From Squalus acanthias (lineage: Eukaryota): DNA of 64,000 nucleotides. The stretch is from contig CM059437.1 in assembly GCA_030390025.1 (NCBI GenBank), forward strand, positions 83,018,001-83,082,000, read 5' to 3'. The stretch's first letter is position 1; each line of letters opens with the position of its first letter. A program made the translations under genes and the position numbers. Below the pieces are notes generated by a model. That model searched no databases and was not told where the DNA came from. It saw only the letters and a program-made list of their open reading frames with translations. Shown here piece by piece: positions 52,526-62,635 of the stretch.

Positions 52526-53475
52526 CAGCAATGAACAGGCGGGGAGAAAGCACGTCTGCACAACCTAACTCCCATGGAGGAGACTGTGCTGGAGATAATT
52601 GGAGGGGCCGTCACTGAGGCCGTGGCCCGGGGTGATGCTGAAACCATTGATGATGACGGTATGCTCATACCTAATCCTTCTTCTCGCATCTCACTTCCCC
52701 CTCATTCCACAATCTCTTCTCACTTACAAGCTGCTGATGGTGTCTTGCTTTCCCCCTCCCCTCACCACAACCCGACCCTTATGCCTTTCTCCTTTCAGAT
52801 ACAAAAGAACTGCTAGCAGCCCAACTTCTTCAGCCAGAAGTAGAGGAGGAGAGTGATGGAGAAGATGAGGCACCGTCACTCGATCTGACACTCCCAGGCA
52901 CCAGCTCAGAGAATGGGACAGCGCAAACTTTAGAGGGTAGTATGGGGCGGGATCTGCACGTGGTGAGTCACTGAGCACGAGTGGGCTGCAACCAGGCCAA
53001 GGGGAAAAGATAGCATAGGTGCCAGCTCCCCGGAGGGTGAGGTCGCACACGAGTTCTGCTGCACAGGACTCAGATAAGGACTTCGATGGGGTGGGTGATG
53101 GCCATGGACACACAAATGCTTGGTGCAATAGCAAGCCTGCCAGAGAGCCTCTTGTCATTGTCAGGAACATGGAGGAGTCTGGCTCCAACAATGCACGGGG
53201 ATTTGCAGAGAGTTTGGAGCCCATGATTTCCAGGATGGAAGCGATGGGCAATCCATTAGAGAAATGATGGATCCAACCATGATGCTGGGTGTGATTGGAA
53301 ATGTCGCAGCTTCCATTGCAGCACAAGCGGAAGTGACCCAGCGTCTGATTGCTGCAGTGGAAGCTCAGACTTCTGCCATGCAAAATCAGCTTGCTGCCAT
53401 GCAATCTGTATGCCAACAGATGGTTAGGAATGCTGAGGCGCTGCCCCGGGGGAGGGGGAGTGGCAGTGACTCTTG

Positions 53476-54225
53476 TGGTGGATAGCCCTTGTCTCCGAGC
53501 AGCCACCCTCGGGTTCGATGTGGTGGCTGGAAGATTGCTGGCACAGTGGACTGGCGCAGGATGAAGGCATCACGCTGGTGCCAGGATACCGGGCATTCAC
53601 CATCATGCTGGGCGTGGTCGCACACCAACTGCACATTAAGAGAGCGGTAGCCTTTGCGGTTGTGATACATCTCAAAATTGATAAGCCGCATCCGCAAAGC
53701 CACATGTGTGCAGTCGATGGCACCATGGGGAAGCCCCATATTCAGGCAAAGCCACATGTGCGCTCCTCCTGCTTCTCTCTGTTCAGAGAGAAGACAATGA
53801 GGTCCCCTCTCCTGGAATACAGAGCTGCTGTGATGTCCCGGATGCAGCAATGTACAGCGAACTGCAAGAAGTTAGCTATGTCGCCTGCTCCAGCCTGGAA
53901 GGATCTGTTAACGAAAAAATTCAGGGTCACGGTCACCTTGAGGGCCACTGGCAGTGCTGTCGTCACCCTGCTCTGAGGCTGCAGATCTGATTCCAAGAGG
54001 TGGTAGAGTTCTGTGACCACCTCCCTGGTGAAGCAGATCCTCCGAATACACTGCTCCTGGCTTAAGTGCAGGTAGGAGAAGTGCTCCCTGAAGACCCTCG
54101 GTGAGTAAGGCCTCTTGCTGAGAGCCCTCCTTCCTGTGTGAGAAGCTTGTCTTTGCTGCATCTGCTCCATCCCCGTCATGCTGCAGCGCGAGGGGGACTG
54201 CGAGTAGAGCCCCCATGACTGGGTG
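53476..54225 (-). pseudogene. Harbinger DDE transposase (HARBI1-family), frameshifted and C-terminally deleted
   Basis: ALPVALKVTVTLNFF, GAIDCTHV, NRKGYRSLNVQLVCD, ARYPG, DAFIL and WLLGDKGYP. Confidence 0.9.
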
Positions 54226-54719
54226 CAAGTGGTGTAGTCAGAGGCCTTCCTTTAAGAGCCAGCGCCTTCCCAACATCCAGCAGCACTCCCTGCACACTTT
54301 CCCAACGTTTTATTTTTCGCACACCGAGGCACTACTGAAAAACAGTAGGGAACCAAAAAGCAACTTACCTCAAAGTTGGATTGTGTCCCTTTAAACAGCG
54401 CTGGTGGGGGGTCCCTCGTGCAGTTGAACGCACGTTCAGCTGTGCGTGTTTAGGAGAGGGCGTACAGTGGAGCGGCGACATCCAAAATGGCATGTTGTGC
54501 GGCAAATCAGCATTTCATGCTGATTAACATCACGATCTGCCTCATTTGAATTCTTCCGACGCACACAGGCAACGGCTGCGCTATCGCCCTTCCCAAGATG
54601 GCGACCAGCGCAGCCCATGCCAGAAGACGGTGGAAGTGAGGCGGCCGCCATTTTTTCCTGGAAACCGGCCTTAACTGCTGGGGCTAAGCACGGGAATTTC
54701 GCGGCCTTGGTGTTGTGTT

Positions 54720-54935
54720 TCGGGCATTGAATACAAAAACAAGGAGGTAATGTTGAACTTGTAAAAGATCTTAGGCTGCAATTGAAGTATTGTGCACAGT
54801 TTTGAGCATCCTTTATAGGAAGGATATAAAAGCCATAGAAAAGATACCGCTTAGATTGACTAGGATGTTACCAGGGATAAGAGGTTACAGTCATGACAAG
54901 AAGCTTGAGAATTCAGGCCTTTTTTCACTGGAGCT
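54720..54935 (+). mobile_element. old CR1 fragment
   Basis: gaatacaaaaacaaggaggtaatgttgaactt..gaagtattgtgcacagtttt. Confidence 0.7.
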
Positions 54936-55423
54936 AAGGTTACTTTTTTCAATTTAGTATACTGTATTCGCTGCTCACGATGCGGTCTCCTCTATCATTT
55001 GAGAGACCAAACGCAGATTGGGTGGCCGCTTTGTGGAACACCTCCGTTCAGTCCGCAAGCATGACCCTGAGCTTCCGGTCGTCTGTCATTTTAATTCTCC
55101 CCTCCACTCCCTCTCTGACCTCTCTGTCCACAGCCTCCTGCACTGTTCCAATGAATCTCAACATAAGCTTGAGGAACAGCATCTCATCTTTCTTTTAAGC
55201 ACTTTACAGCCTTCCGAACTCAACACCGAGTTCGACAAATTTCAGATCATAACCTCTGCCCCCATTTTTTTGATGGCAGCTGTTGCTGATGATTCTGCTA
55301 TTCCCATTTACACCTCCTCTAGACCCATCTTTTGTTTCTTTACTTGTCCCATTACCATCTCCTTTCTCCTTTCACTATCATCCCTTTTGTCATTTAATCT
55401 CTCTTGCCTTCCACCCTATCACA

Positions 55424-55857
55424 TAGAAACATAAAAACATAGAATCTAGGAGCAGGAGTAGGCCATTCGGCCCGTCGAGCCTGCTCCGCCATTCAATACG
55501 ATCATGGCTGATCATCCAAATCCAGTACCCTGTCCCTGCTTTAATCCCCACAGTACACATATCCCACCCTACCCCCGTAACCCCACGTATTTAATTCCCC
55601 CTAACATATCCCATCCTATCCCCATAACCCCACATATTTAATCCCCCCTAACACTAAGGGTCAATTTATCATAGCCAAATCAACCTAACCCACACATTTT
55701 TGGACTGTGGGAGGAAACCGGAGCACCCGGAGGAAACCCACGCAGACACGGGGAGAATGTGCAAACTCCACACAGACAGTCACCCGAGGTCAGATTCGAA
55801 CCCGGGTCTCTGGCGCTGTGAGGCACCAGTGCTAACCACTATGCCACCGTGTTGCCC
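55424..55857 (-). mobile_element. V-SINE with CR1-derived tail
   Basis: Near-identical layout to 50015-50457; ATCACA repeated on both flanks (probable TSD). Confidence 0.9.
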
Positions 55858-55949
55858 AATCACAGGCCTTCCCTTTTGTTCTTTCCTCCCCTCCCCCCTT
55901 TCCCTGCCCCTGCACTTGCTTAAAACCTGTTACATCTCTAACCTTTTCC

Positions 55950-55986
55950 AGTTCTGACGAAAGGTCATCGACCTGAAACGTTAACT
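55950..55986 (+). ncRNA. minimal type I hammerhead ribozyme motif (Penelope-associated)
   Basis: AGTT-CTGACGA-A-AGGTC-atc-GACCT-GAA-ACGT-T-AACT: stem I AGTT/AACT, 5-bp stem II, palindromic ACGT stem III. Confidence 0.72.
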
Positions 55987-56359
55987 CTGTTTCTCTCTCC
56001 ACAGATGCTGCCTGGCCTGCTGAGTATTTCCAGCATTTTCTGTTTTTATTTCAGATTTCCAGCAGTATTTTGCTTTTGTATTACATTGGGATTGTGCCTG
56101 ATGGTGCCCTCCAGCGGTGACCTCACTGGAGTTTGCAGGTCAGTGGGAGGGCACTTCATTTGCATGGGTCAGGCAAGTGCAGGCGCCACTTTGGGCACAT
56201 CTCTGGCCCCTGCCCATGCCTGCCGGAAACTCTGGCAGTTCCTACCTGTTGGGGGTGTTACCCAGCCCGTACCCCACTAGACCCCAGCAACGGTCCTATT
56301 GAGCCCCTGAACAAAGGACTGATCTGCAGTTTTTTTTAATTATCTTTGGGGGTCCAGGA

Positions 56360-56470
56360 ACTTAAGAACATAAGAACATAAGAAATAGGAGCAGAAGTAG
56401 ACCAATCGGCCCCTCGAGCCTGCTCCGCCATTCAATGAGATCATGGCTGATCTGATCCAACCTCAACTCT
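56360..56470 (-). mobile_element. CR1 3' tail only
   Basis: aagaacataagaacataagaaataggagcag..cctgctccgccattcaat. Confidence 0.85.
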
Positions 56471-56878
56471 AAGCTCCGCCACCCACAGGGCCTTGAACTT
56501 GGCCTGGAACCAACTGGTGGGGCCCCCATATGCACTTGTGAAGTCTGGTATGTCTCCCCTCACTCAGACTACCGACCGCCACTACTGCATCGGATTCCAC
56601 TGGAGTCTAAGAAGCAGGAACTCCTGGTTTAGGGAATCCCCACTCCTAGCTCTGTCCCCCACCTGTCATTTGCCTTGTAAGGAGTGGACTGAGGTTCTGC
56701 CTTCCTGCAAGGTATTTATGAAATGCCCAAAGGCGGTGGAGACGCACCACATCCAGGTCTCTACTGTTTTCCTGGGGGCACTGCTGGTCTATCATCAGAG
56801 ATAAGGGAGACTGGCAGATCCCCTTCCCCACTCCGAGGAATTTTCGGGCTAATGAGCCTAGTAAACCTTTTGTCTTAC

Positions 56879-56950
56879 CTCAGGACAGGTGTTCAGTCTT
56901 TGTAATGGGGTTGTCATAGTTCGCACAGTGATGCTGAAAATATCTCGACC
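56879..56950 (-). CDS. P2RX2: P2X2-like coding exon 3
   Basis: aatccag|...|gtaaga, 72 bp, phase 0/0. GRDIFSITVRTMTTPLQRLNTCPE. Confidence 0.92.
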
Positions 56951-57069
56951 CTGGATTGAAAAATGGTTACAGAATTAGAATTTATCTATTGAGACCTTTG
57001 GTAGAGTAGGGCAAGTCCAGCGCTATGTCTTGACATCTCCTTGTTTATTGCTCAACATCTCAAAAAAAA

Positions 57070-57310
57070 ATTGGGTTTCATTGGGACAGATGAGACACAC
57101 TAGGATCCCATTGGAGCAAGTAAGAAGCACTGTGGCCCATCAGAGAAAGTGATCAGCACTGGAGTCCCATTAGGGTGAGTGAGAAAAGCTGGGGTTCCAT
57201 CAGGTCAGGTGAGAGGCACTGGCCATTAGTTCAAGGTAGTTGGGAAGCACTCGGGTTCCATGAGAGCAGTTTAGAAGGCACTGGAATTCCATCAGGAGAG
57301 GTGGGAGACA
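57070..57310. repeat. degenerate ~33-bp tandem repeat
   Basis: Recurring gcactgg..tcccat.agg...gtgag units. Confidence 0.6.
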
Positions 57311-57514
57311 ATTCATTCTCTGCAGGTGGGGGATAGAGGAGGCAATATTCTATCAACACTTTCCTGTGTTAAATTAAGATTTTGAAAACTGGGGTTGCAC
57401 GAGGTGCTGTGTGGATGGTGTGTGCTCTGTTGCCATGAAGCTTCCCTTCCAACTCATGCAGTAAAGGAATGACACAAATCCGCAAAAAACATTCCTGTAA
57501 AATTTCAGTGTTGG

Positions 57515-57955
57515 TGTTAGCCTTGGCTCAGTGGTAGCTTGTTTCCGAGTCAGAAGGTCGTGGGTTAAAGCCCCACACCAGAGACTTGAGCACATAATCC
57601 AGACTGGCACTTAAATGCAGTACTGAAGAAGTGTTCCCTGTCAGAGGTGCCATCTTTCAGCTGAGACGTTAAACCAAGACTGTCTGCTTCTCAGGTGAAC
57701 GTGAAAGATTCCATGGCACTATTTGAAGAGGAGCAGGGGAGTTCTCCCAGTGTCTTAGGCAACATTTATCCCTCAACCAACATCACCAAAAATAGAAATA
57801 GCTATCATTGTTATTTATGGGACTTTGTTGTGCATAAATTGGCTGCTGCGTTTGCCTGCATTACAGCAGTGACTACACTTGCAAAGTACTTCACTGGCTG
57901 TGAAGCAGTTTGGGACCTCTTGAGGACGTGCTATATAAATGTACTTCTTTCTTTT
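57515..57955 (+). mobile_element. DeuSINE (SacSINE1-like), full length, diverged
   Basis: ttggctcagtggtagc..gtgggttaaagcccca head, Deu core and tail gctatataaatgtacttcttt. Confidence 0.85.
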
Positions 57956-59134
57956 ATTCGAAGATTTTTACCTGTCTCTATTCAGTATCATCTCTTATAT
58001 CTTCAGTTGGCTCCTCTTGCTTCTAAATTATGAAGCGAGCTTTGAGTTAACACAGAGGTATACATGAGGAAGACAACATCCCTAATGGTTGAAGGGGTAA
58101 ATACACCGTGTTTTATGGTACAGAACCATACAGGCAAAAGAGTCCCGGGTTCGATTCCCAGTCTATGCTAATTTATGTTATGTTACAAGTTTAGGGTCTT
58201 GGGTTAGATATTCTCTCAGGTGCAGCGGTGCTAGTCACTTGCATAAGCAGTAAGAGCATCCTATGTTTAGGGGCGTGCCCTTACTGTCCAATACCTAACT
58301 ATACAATGACATAACCCAGTGTCTAACAATAGTACACCCATGTGATCTTAAATGGATATTCATGTTTTTTGCATATGTGCCTCTCCAAACTTTCTGCAGG
58401 CGGACTGAGGAAGCACTTGGTAAGATGTAACCAGATGCAAATCATTAAGCTACTTTATTTCGGAGTGAGTGAACATGCAGAGCAACAGTTGTGATCAAAC
58501 TCAACTTAGTTCAATCTGTAACATTTGTCTTCATGTAATAATGCTAAAATAACCAACTCGCTACACTTCCCCAAATCAGGGAGTTGTCTTGCTTGACGTA
58601 AACAAAATAACTCCTAACTACCTTTCTGCATTCTCGTTCTAGCCTGGTTAAAACTCGCCCATGCAGCTTTCTGTTTTAAAACCTGCCCGCTTCTGTGTCT
58701 CTGTTCCTATCTTTTATGTCCCCTTGTCCAGAAGCAGAGAGCAGAACCTGTGCTAGACAACCCCTGCTGAGCACCCGGAACCAGGGACCTACCAACACAA
58801 TGAGTATGAGGGGTTTGTTGATTTCTGAGTCCAAACTAGTGAATTGCTTATTGTTTACTGTCTTTGGGGAAAATTAGCATTTTAGCCATTTTTTGTCTGA
58901 ATGTATTTTTTTTTACAAACTCGTGTGATTAAAACACAACCCTTAAATTGACTGTCCCATTTTCTACATGACAACAGTGCCTACACTTCAAAAGTACTTA
59001 ATTGGCTGTAAAGCGCTTTGGGATGTCCCGAGGTTGTGAAAGGTGCTCTATAAATGCAAATTATTATTTTTCTTTCTTTAAATGTACTTTTTTTCCCCCT
59101 TTCTGTGAACAAATGATCAAAGAATCCCAAAATG

Positions 59135-59425
59135 TGACAGCTGATCTCAGCTGGAATTGCAGTCGAGGGGCTATAGTTGGCCATAGTGTCCCTGGGCTAG
59201 GGAGGTAAAATATCAGCCCAGAATCCTGCTCCTGATCACAATGAAGTGACTCCTGCTGGTGAGATTCACATAAGCAGAGGGCAGGATTGTACTTGGCCTT
59301 AATTTCATCCAAATTTGAATAGCCTGAGTATCTAGGCTCACAAATGAAGAATAGACACTTGAAAACACCCAAGAGCTGCTGGCACCCATAGGAATGTACC
59401 CCTGCAAGAATCAGTGTCTTCCAGC
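59135..59425 (+). mobile_element. ancient SINE (AmnSINE2-like) ending a few bp from the exon 2 donor
   Basis: gctgatctcagc..cctgggctagggagg..cctgctcctgatc..ctaggctcacaaatgaagaat. Confidence 0.65.
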
Positions 59426-59431
59426 CCTCAC

Positions 59432-59579
59432 CTCTGGTGGATTGACATATTCTGCAACATCCCATATTTTTCTTCCCATGGAGGAATTTGAGATTGCAAT
59501 CCCTTTCACCTTGGTGATGACAGAGCTCTCAGGAGCATTCTCTCTTTCTTGGTATGACTTCTGGATGATGAAAACATAC
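59432..59579 (-). CDS. P2RX2: P2X purinoceptor 2-like, coding exon 2 (end of TM1, ATP-binding KxK)
   Basis: ggtgcag|G...CCAGAG|gtgag, 148 bp. Translates (x)[49 protein letters not shown], matching P2X2 YVFIVQKSYQ..PESSIITKVKG..WDVEEYVKPPE. Confidence 0.93.
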
Positions 59580-60204
59580 CTGCACCAATCAGAAACAAGA
59601 ATTATTAATTCAAGAGTTAACCTAGCACACTAAGAAATATGTGTGCTAGTTATTTATTCTTTCTTTCAAGATGGTGGCTTACAAGCTTCAGTTGAATTAA
59701 CCCAATACCAGCTACTATTGATGCAAGTGTGACTACCTTCAAAAGAGGCCTTTGCTTGTTCTTGTTTTACACTAAACTGACTGTCCTGTCAGCATCTCTC
59801 AATCAGTAGAAAACTTGCTAGCAATAGGGGGTTGGTAGTATCAGTCTATCCCGGCCTTTCCTTGCACATTCGCTGAGTTCTGTCATTCCGCTCTTCCACA
59901 GTGGTGCAAGTGAACACAATAACCACATGATCCCTGCTTGCATCAGTTTTACTTTCCTTGGCTCTTATTCTATTTCAGTTTCGATGTAGATAAGAGCCAA
60001 GACCTCATTTGGAGCAAACCTTGGGCCAACATCTTTGGGTGAGCGTTCCAGGCACAGCGCAGTCAATTTCTTGGCCATATTGTTTTCAGTTTGGTATTAC
60101 TGCTCCTCCCCCTTCACAAAAACAAACTCACATTGAAGTTGATTAGTTGATTATACCATGAAATTGCTACTGGAGTGGCAACTGACACAAGGTTTTGAGG
60201 CTTT

Positions 60205-60558
60205 GAGGACACCCTCAAGGACACCCTCAAATCCTCCTTGAAAAAGTGCAACATCCCCACTGACACCTGGGAATCCCTGGCCCCCAAGACTGCACAAAGT
60301 GGAGGAGAAGCATCCGGGAAGGCGCCGAACACCTCGAGTCTCTTCGCCGGGAGCAAGCGGAAGCCAAGCGCAAGCAGCGCACGTCAACCCAAGCACCCCA
60401 CCCACCCGCCCCTTCAACCACCATCTGCCCTACCTGTGACAGAGACTGTAGGTCCCGCATTGGACTCATCAGTCACCTGAGAACTCATTTTTAATGTGGA
60501 AGCAAGTCATCCTCGGTTCCGAGGGACTGCCTAAGAGAGAGAGAGAGAGAGAGAGAGA
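60205..60558 (+). mobile_element. RTE-clade (BovB-like) LINE 3' end with (GA)n tail
   Basis: KDTLKSSLKKCNIPTDTWESLA and CPTCDRDCRSRIGLISHLRTH (zinc-finger-like RTE terminus). Confidence 0.85.
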
Positions 60559-61377
60559 CAAGGTGCTCTGGATGAGGATAGCAGTGCAACTGAGCTCTGT
60601 GGAGAAGTAGACCTCAAAACACCTTAAGTAAAAGACCCACTGTAATGATTAAATGTTCATACAATAACATTGCTGACAGTATTTTGTGACAGTAGTTACC
60701 TTTTGGCAGAAGCCCCCAGTGGCCCCTTTAAGCATCGTCAGTTAATCCTTTCAACGCCTGGAGAAACTGGGACTGACATTTGCTATTTCTCCTTGAAAGT
60801 TGCAATTGGCATCCTACAACATGCATAGGAGCCTTTAAACATCTTTTGCCTGTTTTGGGTGGGAGTACTGGGTGCCTATTTAAAGGCCTGTCAGAAAGTT
60901 GATTCCGGTGGGCAAATGGGTGCACAAGGTCCCCACCAGAGTTTCAACTGCCACTCGCCCGTTTTTCAGGCAAGAACTGGGTGGCTGGCAGTTGAAAGTC
61001 TCCCCCAATCTTCTTAAAATGCAGCAGATGTGAAATTATACTAAGCGATCTCCTGTCACTGCCTGGAAGGAGCCAAAGGCAAAGAAGTTGAGGGATGCAA
61101 TAACTTTGACTGCAACAGGCAACACTGTGCTAGCTGTGGCAGTTGATTGCAGCTTTTGTTGCAGGGGGCAACACAACTCTGTGACAGTCTCCCTAGAGAA
61201 GCGCAACCTCCTTATGCACTGCTCCTCATCAGAAAACTGCCAGGCCTATAAACTTTGTTGGAAGGTTAAGGATTCCCACAAGCTCGTCTCCTTCTATTTG
61301 CTCTCCCTGTAGCTGCAGCTCTGTTTGCACCATCCTCTGCTGCTTCTACTGTTCCTCCTCCTCTTGCCAAAGTGGAA

Positions 61378-61875
61378 TTGTTCAACCCTACGTAAACTTG
61401 AAGTCATCCAAAACTCGGCTGCCCATGTCCTAGCTCGCACCAAGTCCCGTCCACCCATCACCCCTGTGCTCGCTGACCTACATTGGCTCCCGGTTAAGGA
61501 ACGCCTCAATTTTAAAATTCTCATCCTTGTTTTCAAATCCCTCCATGGCCTCACCCCTCCCTATCTCTGTAATCTCCTTCAGCCCCACAATCCCCAGAGA
61601 TATCTGCGCTCCTCTAATTCTGCCATCTTGAGCATCCCTGATTTTAATCGCTCAACCATTGGTGGCCATGCCGTCTGTTGTCTAGGCCCTAAGCTCTGGA
61701 ATTCTCTCCCTAAACCTCGCTACCTCTCTTTCCTCCTTTAAGACGCTCCTTAAAACCTACCTCTTTGACCAAGCTTTTGGTCATCTGCCCTAATTTCTCC
61801 TTATGTGGCTCGGTGTCAAATTTTGTTTTATAACGCTCCTGTGAAGCGCCTTGGGACGTTTTACTACATTAACGG
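61378..61875 (+). mobile_element. L2 LINE 3' fragment
   Basis: KLEVIQNSAAHVLARTK..LHWLPVKERLNFKIL..LWNSLP. Confidence 0.92.
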
Positions 61876-61884
61876 TGCTGTATA

Positions 61885-62635
61885 AGGGCAGAGGAAAGGG
61901 GCAGAGGAGCAAAGGGATCTAGGGGTACAGATACACAAATCACTAAAAGTAGCAACACAGGTTAATAAGGCCATTAAAAAAGCAAGAAAAGCACTGGGGT
62001 TCATTTCTAGAGGAATAGAATTAAAAAGCAGAGACGTTATGTTAAACATGTATCGAACCTTGCTTAGACCACACCTACTGTGCACAGTTCTGGTCTTCAT
62101 ATTATAAAAAAAGGGTACAGAGGCACTGGAGAATGTGTAAAAAAGATTTAAAAGGATGATATCAGATATAACCTCTCAGCTCTATCAGGTAAGATTGAAC
62201 AGGCTGGGGCTCTTTTCTCTAGAAAAAGGAAGGCGGAGGAGTGACTTGATAGAGGTCCTTAAGATTATGAAAGGGTTTGATAGGGTAGTCGTAGAAAAGA
62301 TGTTTTCACTTGAGTGGGAGACCAAAACTAGGGGCCATAAATATAAGCTAGTCACAAATAAATCCAATAGGGGATTCAGGAGAAACTTCTTTACCCAGAG
62401 AGTGGTTAGAATGTGGAACTCACTACCACAAGGAATAATTGAGGTGAATAGCGTAGATGCATTTAAGTGGGAGCTAGATAAGCACATGCGGGAGAATGTA
62501 CTAGAAGGTTATGCTGGTAGGGTGAGCTGAAGAGGGGTGGGAGGAGGCTCGTGTGGAGCATAAATGCCGGCATCGACCAGTTGGGCCGAATGGCCTGTCC
62601 CTGTGCTGCAGAGTCTATGTAATTCTATGTAATAA
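61885..62635 (+). mobile_element. CR1 3' fragment
   Basis: EQRDLGV..FFTQRVVRMWNSLP; tail ctatgtaattctatgt. Confidence 0.9.

Larger units (their letters stand above)
49405..53450 (+). pseudogene. Harbinger Myb/SANT-like DNA-binding gene, intron-containing and disrupted
   Basis: RERAPRFSDAALE..RRQVLY..RTWIQCRKKSNDL, aag|gtgagt at 49633, tcttgcag|AKVAHN, L2 insertion, then TGG..LTPMEETVLEIIG..DDD|gtatg and cctttcag|. Confidence 0.8.
49094..54706. mobile_element. decayed PIF/Harbinger transposon: Myb/SANT gene (+) and transposase (-), with nested L2 and V-SINE
   Basis: Imperfect TIR gggggcaaaattc / gaatttcgcggcc; convergent two-gene layout typical of Harbinger. Confidence 0.85.
54950..56082 (+). 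mobile_element. Penelope-like element 3' part, interrupted by a V-SINE
   Basis: LVYCIRCSRCGLLY..ETKRRLGGRFVEHLRSV (GIY-YIG) and RKLEEQHLIF.L.TLQP.LN-like end; terminal repeat with hammerhead motif. Confidence 0.85.

Noticed and set aside
53476-54225. Domesticated HARBI1 or MSANTD host gene
   Set aside because: Stops, frameshifts, a C-terminal deletion and TIR-like ends show a decayed transposon.
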